A stretch of 64,000 nt of DNA from assembly GCA_034520945.1 (NCBI GenBank), contig JAXHNB010000006.1:544001-608000 (forward strand), written 5' to 3'. A program made the translations under genes and the position numbers. The notes under the pieces are model-generated. The model ran no database searches and was not told the DNA's origin. It was given only the letters and a program-made list of their open reading frames with translations. This stretch comes from Trueperaceae bacterium. GTDB taxonomy: Bacteria; Deinococcota; Deinococci; Deinococcales; Trueperaceae. The stretch's first letter is position 1; each line of letters begins with the position of its first letter. Positions 51,410 through 62,156 of this stretch are shown piece after piece.

Positions 51410-52075
51410 TCAGTCTTCCTCGTCGGCGTCGCCGCCGCGCTTTGCGTCCTCGTCGCCTTCGCCTTCCTCGTCCTCGCCGCCGCGGCCGATGACTTCGGGT
51501 TCGGCTTCCTCGTCCTCGGACGGTTCGGGCTCCTCTTCGACGCGCGGCGCCAGCACCGTCACCAGCGTCAACCCTTCGTCGTCCAGCAGCTCGGCGGTTT
51601 CGGGAAGCTGCGACACGACGTCCGCGATGTGCACGCTGTCCCCGATCTCCAGCGCGGTGATGTCGACGGTGAGTTCGTGCGGGATCTCGCTCGGCAGGAC
51701 GTAGATGCCGACCTCGCGGCGCTGCACGTCCAACTGGCCGCCCTCGTTCTGACCCTGCGACGTGCCTTCGAAGTGGACCGGGACGTACACCTCGAGCTTC
51801 TGGCCCTTGGTGATGGCGTAGAAGTCGATGTGCACCGGTACGCGGCGGCGCTTGTCCATCTGCACCTCGCGCACCAAAACCTGATGGGCGTCCCCCTCGA
51901 CGTCGAGGTCGATGAGGCTGGAGGTGCCCTGCTCGCGGAACACCTTGTCGAACGCCTTGGTGTCGATGGCGACGCTCACGTTGAACTGCTGGTTGTACAC
52001 GACCGCCGGCAGGCGCCCGTCGGCCCGGAGGCTGCGGTTGTTGCCGGGGGTGCGCTTGGTCGCTGCGAGTTTCAT
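51410..52075 (-). CDS. rplY: 50S ribosomal protein L25/Ctc (long form)
   Basis: LRADGRLPAVVY, VREVQ, HIDFY, IPHELTVDITALEIGDSVH, acidic tail; SD AGGAGG. Confidence 0.93.
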   Translation of the reverse strand: MKLAATKRTPGNNRSLRADGRLPAVVYNQQFNVSVAIDTKAFDKVFREQGTSSLIDLDVEGDAHQVLVREVQMDKRRRVPVHIDFYAITKGQKLEVYVPVHFEGTSQGQNEGGQLDVQRREVGIYVLPSEIPHELTVDITALEIGDSVHIADVVSQLPETAELLDDEGLTLVTVLAPRVEEEPEPSEDEEAEPEVIGRGGEDEEGEGDEDAKRGGDADEED

Positions 52076-52197
52076 CGGTCCTCCTGGGGGCGTGCGTTCC
52101 TGCCGCGCGCCAGAATCGTCGTCGGTCGGGCCCGTCCGCGCGCGTGGGGCCCGCTGGGCCTGCCGGCGCGTCGGCGCGAGGCGCACTGCAACGTACG

Positions 52198-52227
52198 AGG
52201 ATACTCTCTGGCGGGCCCCGCTGGCAA
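52198..52227 (-). promoter_or_regulatory. Sigma70-type promoter of rplY-pth
   Basis: TTGCCA-N18-TATCCT on the minus strand. Confidence 0.55.
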
Positions 52228-52271
52228 GCATCCGCGGTGGCGAGGGCCCGGCCGGCGTGCCGGGCCCACCC

Positions 52272-53216
52272 TCAACTCACGAACAGCGAGCTGACCGAGG
52301 CGTTGTCGTGGACGTTGCGGATCGCCTTCGCCAGCAGCGGCGCGACCGAGAGGACCGTGACGCGGTCGTGATGGTCGGTGAAGGGAATGGTGTCGGTCAC
52401 GACCACGCGGTGCACCGCCTCGTGGGACAGCCGCTCGAGGGCCGGGGGGGTGAACACCGCGTGCGTCGCGGCGACCGTCACCTCGCCCTCGGCGCCGAGC
52501 TTCAGGAGCGCGTCGATGCCGCGGCGCATGGTGCCGGCCGTCGAGATCATGTCGTCGATCATGATCGGCTTCAACCCGGCCACGTCGCCGATGACGTGCG
52601 TCACCTCGGTCTCGGTCGGGCTGGTGCGCCGCTTGTACAACATCGCCAGCGGCAGGTCCAAGTGGTTGGCCAGCCTGCGGGCCTCCGTGGCCCGTCCGAC
52701 GTCCGGCGACACCACCACGTGGTTCGACAGGCCGGTCTCGCGCAGGTGCCGCCCCAGGATGTCCAGCGCGGTCAGGTGGTCGACCGGGACGTCGAAGAAC
52801 CCTTGGATCTGGCCGGCGTGCAGGTCGACCGTGATCACCCGGTCGACGCCGGCGACGCTCATCAGGTTGGCGACCAGTTTGGCGGTGATCGGTTCCCGGG
52901 CCTGGACCTTCTTGTCCTGACGGGCGTACCCGAAGTAGGGGATCACGGCGTTGATCCGCCAGGCGGACGCCCGCTTGAGGGCGTCGGCCAGCACCAGCAC
53001 CTCCATCAGGTTGTGGTTCACCGGCGCCGAGGTGGACTGAATGATGTAGCAGTCGGCGCCACGGACGCTCTCGTCGATCTGGATGCGCGTCTCGCCGTCC
53101 GGGAACTGCGACACGGAGCCGTGCGAAAGGTTCATGCCGAGGTTGGCGGCCACCGCCTTCGCCAGCGCGGGGGTGGCGGTCCCGCTGAACAGTTTGACGT
53201 CGTCGCCCGGCCTCAT
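52272..53216 (-). CDS. prs: Ribose-phosphate pyrophosphokinase
   Basis: FPDGE, PYFGYARQDKK, DLHAGQIQGFF, VSPDVG, DDMISTAGT, ATHA. Confidence 0.96.
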   Translation of the reverse strand: MRPGDDVKLFSGTATPALAKAVAANLGMNLSHGSVSQFPDGETRIQIDESVRGADCYIIQSTSAPVNHNLMEVLVLADALKRASAWRINAVIPYFGYARQDKKVQAREPITAKLVANLMSVAGVDRVITVDLHAGQIQGFFDVPVDHLTALDILGRHLRETGLSNHVVVSPDVGRATEARRLANHLDLPLAMLYKRRTSPTETEVTHVIGDVAGLKPIMIDDMISTAGTMRRGIDALLKLGAEGEVTVAATHAVFTPPALERLSHEAVHRVVVTDTIPFTDHHDRVTVLSVAPLLAKAIRNVHDNASVSSLFVS

Positions 53217-53407
53217 GTCCGCGGACGATGCCCCGTGTTCGGCGGACGTACGAAGAGCGGGCGCGTGTCGCGCCGCGCCCCGCGCACGCTCGGCGCGGAT
53301 CGGGTGGGGGTCGGTTCGCTCACGCTTCACCTCGCAGAGGGGAGTTCTCTGCCTCGATGGGGGACCTAGGTGCCTCGGCCGGGCGCGTCGTGACGCGGGC
53401 CGGCCCG

Positions 53408-53413
53408 AGTATA
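53408..53413 (-). promoter_or_regulatory. -10 box (TATACT) of the prs transcript
   Basis: Near-consensus TATACT in the GC-rich rny-prs intergenic region. Confidence 0.5.
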
Positions 53414-53478
53414 GCGCCCCACGCCCAGCGGGGGCCCCGCACCGGCGCCCGCTCCCTCGGACCGGGCGTCCGCCCGCT

Positions 53479-55145
<1,667 letters not shown>

Positions 55146-55149
<4 letters not shown>

Positions 55150-56213
55150 GCCTCATCCCCCGTGGCGACGTTCTCCTGCGTGTCGGGCGTGTCGGTCTGG
55201 GTGTGGGCGCGGGGTGGGTGGAGGGTGGCGGTGACGCGCTCACGAAGTTCGCGGGCGATCTCGGGATGCTCCCGCAGGTAATCGCCCACCTTTTCCTTGC
55301 CCTGCCCCAAGCGAGTATCGCCGTACGAGAACCACGACCCGCTCTTCTGAATCACGCCCAGGTCGCTGGCCACCTGAATCAGATCCCCCGTCTTATCGAT
55401 CCCCTGCCCGAACACGATGTCGATCTCCGCCTCCCGAAACGGCGGCGCGACCTTGTTCTTCGTCACCTTCACCCGCACCCGGTTCCCCACCTTGTCCGCC
55501 CCCACCTTCACGTCCCCCTTCCTGCGCACCTCGATCCGCACGCTGGTATAGAACTTCAACGCCCGACCGCCCGGCGTGGTCTCCGGATTGCCGTACATCA
55601 CCCCGATCTTCTCCCGCACCTGATTGATGAACAACGCCGTCGTGCCCGACTTCGACACCACACTCGTCAACTTCCGCAGCGCCTGACTCATCAACCGCGC
55701 CTGCAACCCCACGTGCGAATCGCCCATCTCCCCCTCGATCTCCGCACGCGGCACCAACGCCGCCACACTGTCCACCACCACCACGTCCACCGCGCCCGAG
55801 CGGACCAACAACTCCATGATCTCGAGCGCCTGCTCACCCGTGTCCGGCTGCGACACGAGCAACTCCTCCACGTCCACCCCCAACGCCTCCGCGTAACTCG
55901 GGTCCAACGCATGCTCCGCGTCCACGAACGCGGCCACGCCCCCCAACGCTTGCGCCTCCGCGATCACGTGCAACGCCAACGTCGTCTTCCCCCCCGCCTC
56001 CGGGCCGTACACCTCCACCACCCGACCCCGCGGGACGCCCCCCACCCCCAACGCCAGATCCACACTCATCGACCCCGTCGAAATGACCCCCACCCGCTCC
56101 CGCGACGCCTCATCCCCCAACCGCATCACCGCACCCTTCCCATACGTACGCTCGATCTGCGAAAGGGTGCGGTTCAACGCCTCGCGGCGCGCATCGTCGT
56201 TCTTATCGGCCAT
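55146..56213 (-). CDS. recA: Recombinase RecA
   Basis: [68 protein letters not shown]. Confidence 0.98.
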
Positions 56214-56247
56214 GTTCGCCTCCAACGCGCCGGGGCGCGCCCTACGT

Positions 56248-57501
56248 TCACTCGTCGTCGGACCGCAGTCGGCGTCGCAGGAGGTCGAGGGCGCGTACGG
56301 TGATGCGTTCGCGCAGCCAGGACGAGGTCCGTTCCGATACCGGCACGGCGAGCGCCGCCCGGCCGAACCAACCGTCGAGGACGACCTCCACCGTGGCGTC
56401 GCGCTCGGTCCCGTCCGCACGCAACGCGCCCACTGCGATCGCTGCGTCCGCGGCGAAGAACGCGCGGGCGCCGGCCGCAGCGTGCGCGACGGACACACCG
56501 TCGCCCGCGAACGGTGGCACGCCTGGCCGGGCCCCGCGCACGTCCCTCGCTTCGGTCGACCATGGTACCACGGCGCCCAGGACCGCCTCTCGCGCGCCCG
56601 GAACGGCCCTGAGTCGCCCCGTTAGCGCGCCGCCGGTGGCGTCCTCGACCACCGCCAAGCGAGCCCCGCGGCGCAGCACGCCGCGCAACGCGACCTCTTC
56701 GAGGACGTCGTCGTCGCGGCCCCACGTCGCGTCCCCGAGGCGTCGCGCGAGCGTGTCAGCGACGGGACGCCCCAGCGCCTCCGCCGCCTCCGCGTCGTCG
56801 CCCTTCGCGGCGATGCGGACGTGCACCCCATCATTGCGGGCATAGGTGGCCACCGTCGGGTTGGCGCCCACCGCCAGTGCGCCGATCAGGTCGGCGATCT
56901 CGGATTCGCCCAGGCCGGCGGTCTTCAGGGTCGAGGCCCACAGCCGCGCCTCAGGCAGGGGCAGGGCGGGGAACAACGCGTGCTCCGCCATCCGGGTCAT
57001 TTCGAACGGCGGCCCCGGCAGCGCCGCGATCCAACGCGGCCGGCCGTTCCGGGACACGGGCACCAGCCAGCCGGGCGCGGTGCCGCGCGGATTCGGCAAC
57101 ACCGTCGCTGAGGGCAGCCGCCACGCCTGCTTCAGGTTTCGCTCGGGCATGGGCCGTCCCAGGCGGGCGAACCTCGCCCGCAGTACGCGTTCCTGTTCGG
57201 GATCCACGAACGGCGTCTCGCCGGTGAGCGCCGCGATGGCTTCGCGGGTGACGTCGTCCTCGGTGGGGCCCAGGCCGCCGCAGACGACCACCAGGTCGGC
57301 GCGGTCCAGCGCTCGATCGAGCGCCGCCCGCAGGCGCGTGACGTTGTCGCCGATGCGGAGCGAACGGTAGACGTCCACGCCGCGCGCCGCCAGCGCGGCC
57401 GCCAGCCACGCCGTGTTGGTGTCGTCGATCTCGCCGAGCAGCAACTCGGTGCCGACGGCGATCGTCTCTGCGTTGCGTACGAGGGGGGACGGGCCGGGCA
57501 T
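56248..57501 (-). CDS. cinA: CinA-family protein (MoCF_biosynth-like pyrophosphatase domain plus degenerate PncC domain)
   Basis: [44 protein letters not shown]; start refined to ATG 57501. Confidence 0.88.
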   Translation of the reverse strand: MPGPSPLVRNAETIAVGTELLLGEIDDTNTAWLAAALAARGVDVYRSLRIGDNVTRLRAALDRALDRADLVVVCGGLGPTEDDVTREAIAALTGETPFVDPEQERVLRARFARLGRPMPERNLKQAWRLPSATVLPNPRGTAPGWLVPVSRNGRPRWIAALPGPPFEMTRMAEHALFPALPLPEARLWASTLKTAGLGESEIADLIGALAVGANPTVATYARNDGVHVRIAAKGDDAEAAEALGRPVADTLARRLGDATWGRDDDVLEEVALRGVLRRGARLAVVEDATGGALTGRLRAVPGAREAVLGAVVPWSTEARDVRGARPGVPPFAGDGVSVAHAAAGARAFFAADAAIAVGALRADGTERDATVEVVLDGWFGRAALAVPVSERTSSWLRERITVRALDLLRRRLRSDDE

Positions 57502-57575
57502 GCGGCACTGTATCGCCGCGAGCTGCGACCGCGGGGAGACACGGGCTGCCCCGGGGGCCGGTGCTAGCATGACGC

Positions 57576-59063
57576 ATGGACGGTACGAGCCCCGTGACCG
57601 CCGAACGGCAACGCGACGTGCCTCGCCCGCGGACGCTTGGGGAGTTGCGCGGAAGTCCCTGGGCCGAGCATGCCGGGCGCAGCGTCAAGGACGAACTGCG
57701 CATCAACCTGCTCCGAAGACTCGAGGAGGGCGCGCCGCTGTTCCCGGGCGTGGTGGGCTACGACGACAGCGTGGTGCCCGGTCTGGTCAACGCCATCCTG
57801 AGCCGGCACAACTTCATCCTGCTGGGCCTGCGCGGCCAGGCCAAGACGCGGCTGTTGAGGCGGCTGGTCGATCTGCTGGATCCCATCGTACCGGTGCTGG
57901 CCGGTTCCGAGCTGAACGACGACCCCTTGGCGCCGGTGTCGCAGGAGGGGCGGGACGTCGTGGCCGAGCACGGCGACGCGGCCGAGGTGGAATGGTTGCC
58001 CCGTGAGGCGCGCTACGTGGAGAAGCTGGCCACGCCCGACGTGACCGTGGCCGACATGATCGGCGACATCGACCCCATCAAGGCGTCGCGCCTGGGGACC
58101 CGCCTGGGCGACGCGCGCAGCGTGCACTACGGCTTGCTGCCGCGCGCGAATCGCGGCGTGTTCGCCATGAACGAGCTGCCGGACCTGTCCGGCAAGGTGC
58201 AGGTGGCGCTGTTCAACGTGATGCAGGAGGGCGACGTCCAGATCAAGGGGTATCCCGTGCGGCTGCCGCTGGACGTGATGCTGGTGTTCAGCGCCAACCC
58301 GGAGGACTACACCGCCCGGGGCAAGATCATCACGCCGCTCAAGGACCGCATCGGCAGCGAGGTCCGCACGCACTACCCGCGCACCGTGGCGGAGGGCATG
58401 CGCGTCACGCGGCAGGAGGCCTGGACGGACCGCGAGGGGCGCACGGTGGTGGTGCCCGACTACGTCCGCGAAGCCATCGAGCAGGTCGCGTTTGCCGCCC
58501 GTGAGGACGCGCGCGTCGACGCGCATTCGGGCGTGTCGCAGCGCTTGCCGATCACCCTGATGGAGACGGTGGTGTCCAACGCGGAGCGACGCGGCCTGCG
58601 GCTCGGCGAGGAACGCCCCGTGGCGCGGATGCGGGACCTGTACCAGTCCCTGTCGGCGGTGACCGGCAAGCTGGAGCTCGAGTACGAAGGCGAGCTCCGC
58701 GGCGGCGAGAACGTGGCGCGCGAGCTGGTCCGCCAGGGCATCGGCCGGGCGTTCGCGTCGCACGCCGGCGAGCTGGACGTCGACGAGATCGTGGCCTGGT
58801 TCGAGGAGGAGAACGCCCTCCGCCTGCCGGACGAGCGCCCCACCGCGGCGTTGCTGGAGCTGTTGGCCGAGGTGCCGGGCCTGCTGGACGCCGCCGACCG
58901 CGTGGCGGGCGACGGGGACCCGGGCCTGCGCGCCGCAGCCGCAGAGTTCGTCCTGGAGGGCCTCCACGCCCGCCGGAAGGTGGGGCGCAGCGAGGAGCGC
59001 GGCTTCACCGCCCCCGAGCCCGACGCCCGCGGCGCGACCGGAGCGAGGCGCCGCTTCAACTGA
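57576..59063 (+). CDS. AAA+ ATPase of the MoxR/Mg-chelatase-like clade (partner of a vWA protein)
   Basis: GLRGQAKT Walker [40 protein letters not shown]. Confidence 0.85.
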   Translation: MDGTSPVTAERQRDVPRPRTLGELRGSPWAEHAGRSVKDELRINLLRRLEEGAPLFPGVVGYDDSVVPGLVNAILSRHNFILLGLRGQAKTRLLRRLVDLLDPIVPVLAGSELNDDPLAPVSQEGRDVVAEHGDAAEVEWLPREARYVEKLATPDVTVADMIGDIDPIKASRLGTRLGDARSVHYGLLPRANRGVFAMNELPDLSGKVQVALFNVMQEGDVQIKGYPVRLPLDVMLVFSANPEDYTARGKIITPLKDRIGSEVRTHYPRTVAEGMRVTRQEAWTDREGRTVVVPDYVREAIEQVAFAAREDARVDAHSGVSQRLPITLMETVVSNAERRGLRLGEERPVARMRDLYQSLSAVTGKLELEYEGELRGGENVARELVRQGIGRAFASHAGELDVDEIVAWFEEENALRLPDERPTAALLELLAEVPGLLDAADRVAGDGDPGLRAAAAEFVLEGLHARRKVGRSEERGFTAPEPDARGATGARRRFN

Positions 59064-59074
59064 GGAGGGCCATC

Positions 59075-60307
59075 GTGCCGGCCACGCGCTATTCCAAGTA
59101 CGAGGCCACGCTCCAGGACCTGGACATGGCCGAACTGATGAAGATGATGCAGGACCGCCTGCTGAGCTCGGGCTTCGACCGGGACCCGTTCGATCCCGAT
59201 CCGGACGAGGGACGCACCCTCCGCGACCTGTACGAGGCGATCCTGGAGGCGTTGGTCCGCAACGACCTGGTTCCGGAGTCGATGATCGACGAGGCGCTTC
59301 AGGCGGACGACTGGATGGACGGCGAGCTCGGCGACGTGGTGCGCGACCTGGCCCGCCGCCTGGAGCAGGAGGGGTACCTCCGCGGCGAGGACGGCCAGCC
59401 GATCGGAGAGGGGGGCGCCTCGGCCGACGGTGAGGCCGACGAGGCCCGCTTCCAGTTGACGGACAAGTCGATCGACTTCCTCGGGTACCGGACGCTGCGC
59501 GACGTGCTCGGGGCCGAGGGGAGCGGCACCTTCGGGGAGCACGAGACCCGGGCCCGGGTCGCCGGCGTCGAGGCGGAAGGGGAGAGCCGTCCGTACCGCT
59601 TCGGCGACGCGCTGAACCTGGACGTGGCCGAGACGTTCAAGTCCGCCTACGGCCGCACGTCAGCCGGTTCGCCGCTTCAGTTCGAGGAGGACGACCTGCA
59701 CGTGCATCAGGCCGAACACCACGCCTCGGCGGCGACGGTGGTGATGCTGGACTGCAGCCACTCCATGATCCTGTACGGCGAGGACCGGTTCACCCCCGCC
59801 AAGCAGGTGGCGTTGGCGTTGGCCCACATGATCCGCACCGAGTACCGGGGCGACACGGTGCGGTTCGTGCTGTTCCACGACGCGGCCGAGGAGATCCCGT
59901 TGAGCCGCCTCGCCCAGGCGCAGGTGGGGCCGTTCCACACCAACACCGCGCAGGGCCTGCGCATGGCGCGGACGCTCCTGAAGCGCCAGCACAAAGAGAT
60001 GAAACAGATCGTGATGATCACCGACGGCAAGCCGTCGGCGATCACCCTGCCCGGCGGGCGCGTGTACAAGAACGCCTACGGGCTGGACAGAATGGTCATG
60101 GGCGAGACCCTGAGCGAGGTGGGGGCCTGCCGGCGCGACGGCGTCCAGATCAACACCTTCATGCTGGCGCGCGACCCGGAGCTGGTCGCCTTCGTGCAAC
60201 GCATCAGCGCCATGACGCGCGGCCGCGCCTACTTCACGACGCCGCACACCATCGGCCGCTACGTGCTGCAGGATTTCCGCGCGCGTCGCACGCGCACGGT
60301 GAACTGA
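59075..60307 (+). CDS. von Willebrand factor A (vWA) domain protein
   Basis: [30 protein letters not shown]. Confidence 0.87.
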   Translation: MPATRYSKYEATLQDLDMAELMKMMQDRLLSSGFDRDPFDPDPDEGRTLRDLYEAILEALVRNDLVPESMIDEALQADDWMDGELGDVVRDLARRLEQEGYLRGEDGQPIGEGGASADGEADEARFQLTDKSIDFLGYRTLRDVLGAEGSGTFGEHETRARVAGVEAEGESRPYRFGDALNLDVAETFKSAYGRTSAGSPLQFEEDDLHVHQAEHHASAATVVMLDCSHSMILYGEDRFTPAKQVALALAHMIRTEYRGDTVRFVLFHDAAEEIPLSRLAQAQVGPFHTNTAQGLRMARTLLKRQHKEMKQIVMITDGKPSAITLPGGRVYKNAYGLDRMVMGETLSEVGACRRDGVQINTFMLARDPELVAFVQRISAMTRGRAYFTTPHTIGRYVLQDFRARRTRTVN

Positions 60308-60332
60308 GGCGTGCGCCGAGCCGGGGCCGGCG

Positions 60333-61130
60333 TCACTGTCCCCGGCGGGCCAAGTCGTCCAACGCCTGCACCGCCGGCGTGTAGTTCGGGTCGATGCTGC
60401 GGGCGGCCTTGAAGTCCTGCTCGGCCTGCGCCAGGTCGCCCTCCCTCTCGTGCAGCTGCCCCAGGCGGTAGAACGCCTCCACGTACGCGACCGGCGGCGG
60501 CCCCACCCCGCCGACGTCGCCGCGCTCGAACACCACGATGGCGGTCTCGAAGGCCTCCATGGCCCCCTCGGTGCGGTCCTGAAGGGCGAGGATCCGGCCG
60601 CGGTTCAGGTGCGGCCAGGGTTCGCGCTGCCCCCGCTCGGTCTCGGCTGCCGCGGCGTAGGCGTCCAGGGCCTCCTCGAACAGGCCGGCCCGCCACGCCA
60701 CCAACCCCAGATCCATGCCGTGCTGGTAGTCGCGACTGCGCCGAAAGGCGTCGCGGAGCGACCGGAGGGCGCCCTCGGGGTCCCCCTCCTCGGCCCGAAG
60801 CAGGCCGTCCAGGTGCCGGTAGGCGGGTGGGGGTGGGCTGGAGGCCAGGGTGAGGGCTTCGCTGAGCTCACGGCGGGCGGTGGCCATGTCGTCGGTCAGC
60901 CAGGCGGCGCGGGCGTACAGGAAGTGCGCCTCGGGATCGCCGGGCACGCGCTCCACCAGGTTCGGCCCCTCCAGTTGCGCGGCCGCGTTGTAGTAGCCGC
61001 GTGCCAGCAGGTCGCGCATCGCCTGGTGCGGGTTGGCCTGCCCGGTCGCGGCGCCCAAGAGCACGGCGGCGGCCACCGCGACCGAGGTGAGCATCGACCC
61101 GCGCAGGGAGGGCGTACGCAGTGTCGTCAT
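60333..61130 (-). CDS. Exported tetratricopeptide repeat protein
   Basis: Signal peptide; TPR-like units (PEAHFLYARA, PHLNRGRIL, EAFYRLGQL, IDPNY). Confidence 0.8.
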   Translation of the reverse strand: MTTLRTPSLRGSMLTSVAVAAAVLLGAATGQANPHQAMRDLLARGYYNAAAQLEGPNLVERVPGDPEAHFLYARAAWLTDDMATARRELSEALTLASSPPPPAYRHLDGLLRAEEGDPEGALRSLRDAFRRSRDYQHGMDLGLVAWRAGLFEEALDAYAAAAETERGQREPWPHLNRGRILALQDRTEGAMEAFETAIVVFERGDVGGVGPPPVAYVEAFYRLGQLHEREGDLAQAEQDFKAARSIDPNYTPAVQALDDLARRGQ

Positions 61131-61139
61131 GTCGCCATG

Positions 61140-62156
61140 CTATCGGTCCGAGATGAGATCGGCGTTTCGCGCCGGCGCGTGCCGCAGGGCGGCGTCCAAC
61201 CAGTCGAGGCCGTGCGCGGCGCGACGCAGAAGCTCGTCCCGCCGGTGCTGCGCCAGCGGCTGGCGCGCCCGCACCACCGCGCGCAGCGTGTCCCCGTCGA
61301 CCGGCACCGCCACGCCCGGGGCGCCGCTGTCGGCCAGGAAGCCGTCCACCTTCGGGTCGTAGACGACGCCCGCGTGTCCGCGGCCGGCCACGGTGGCCAG
61401 AATCAATCCGTGCAGCCGGACCGAGACCACGAACGCGGCCTCGGCGCACCGGTCCAGCGCCTCCGCGGGTCCCTCGGCCGTCACCGCCTCCGCGCCGGGC
61501 GCGTGGTCCAGCAGGCGTGCGGCGGCGGCCTGGTCGGCGCCGGGTTGCATCGCCAGCACCCGCACCCGCTCGCCCTCCCGGAGCGCGTCGCGCGCGACCG
61601 CCGCCAACGCCGTTTCGGTCCCGGCCACGCCGGCCCGTGGGATCAGCAGCAGTCCCGCGCCGTCACGCGCGGTGGGCGGGGGGAGGGTGAGCGCCGGGTC
61701 GGCGGCGAGGTGCGACGGAACGCCGAGGGCACGCAGCGCGGCGCGCGAGGGGCGGTCACGCACCGCGACGGGCAGGCCGCGGAGGGCCCGGCCGACGCGT
61801 TTCGCGCCGCGGGCGCTCAACGGCCCCACCGATTGGCCGAACACGATCACGCGTCGGCGCAGACGGCGGGCCAGCCGGATCACCCCAAGATAGTAGGTCA
61901 GGCTTCGGGCGCTGGTCCCGTCCTGCAGCAGGCCGCCGCCGCCCGAGACCAGGGCGTCGCAGCGCGCCAGCGCCCACGGCACGCCGTGCAGCCGGTGGTG
62001 GGCCGCGACGCCGTGGGCCGCGCGGGTGGCGGCGGGGTCGGCCGACAGCGCGGCCACCTCGTGCCCCCGGTCCTGCAGGGCGCGCGCCACGGCCGCGAAC
62101 AGCGCCTCGTCGCCCAGGTTGCCGAAGCCCAGATAGCCCGACACCAACACCTTCAT
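61140..62156 (-). CDS. csaB: Polysaccharide pyruvyl transferase CsaB
   Basis: SGYLGFGNLGDEA, SGGGGLLQDGTSARSLTYY, QSVGP, VRD, RLHGLI, YDPKV. Confidence 0.92.
   Translation of the reverse strand: MKVLVSGYLGFGNLGDEALFAAVARALQDRGHEVAALSADPAATRAAHGVAAHHRLHGVPWALARCDALVSGGGGLLQDGTSARSLTYYLGVIRLARRLRRRVIVFGQSVGPLSARGAKRVGRALRGLPVAVRDRPSRAALRALGVPSHLAADPALTLPPPTARDGAGLLLIPRAGVAGTETALAAVARDALREGERVRVLAMQPGADQAAAARLLDHAPGAEAVTAEGPAEALDRCAEAAFVVSVRLHGLILATVAGRGHAGVVYDPKVDGFLADSGAPGVAVPVDGDTLRAVVRARQPLAQHRRDELLRRAAHGLDWLDAALRHAPARNADLISDR

Noticed and set aside
56214..56260. Possible RDRM/DdrO or LexA box upstream of recA (ctacgttcac)
   Set aside because: Only a partial half-site with no palindrome; nothing convincing upstream of cinA either.
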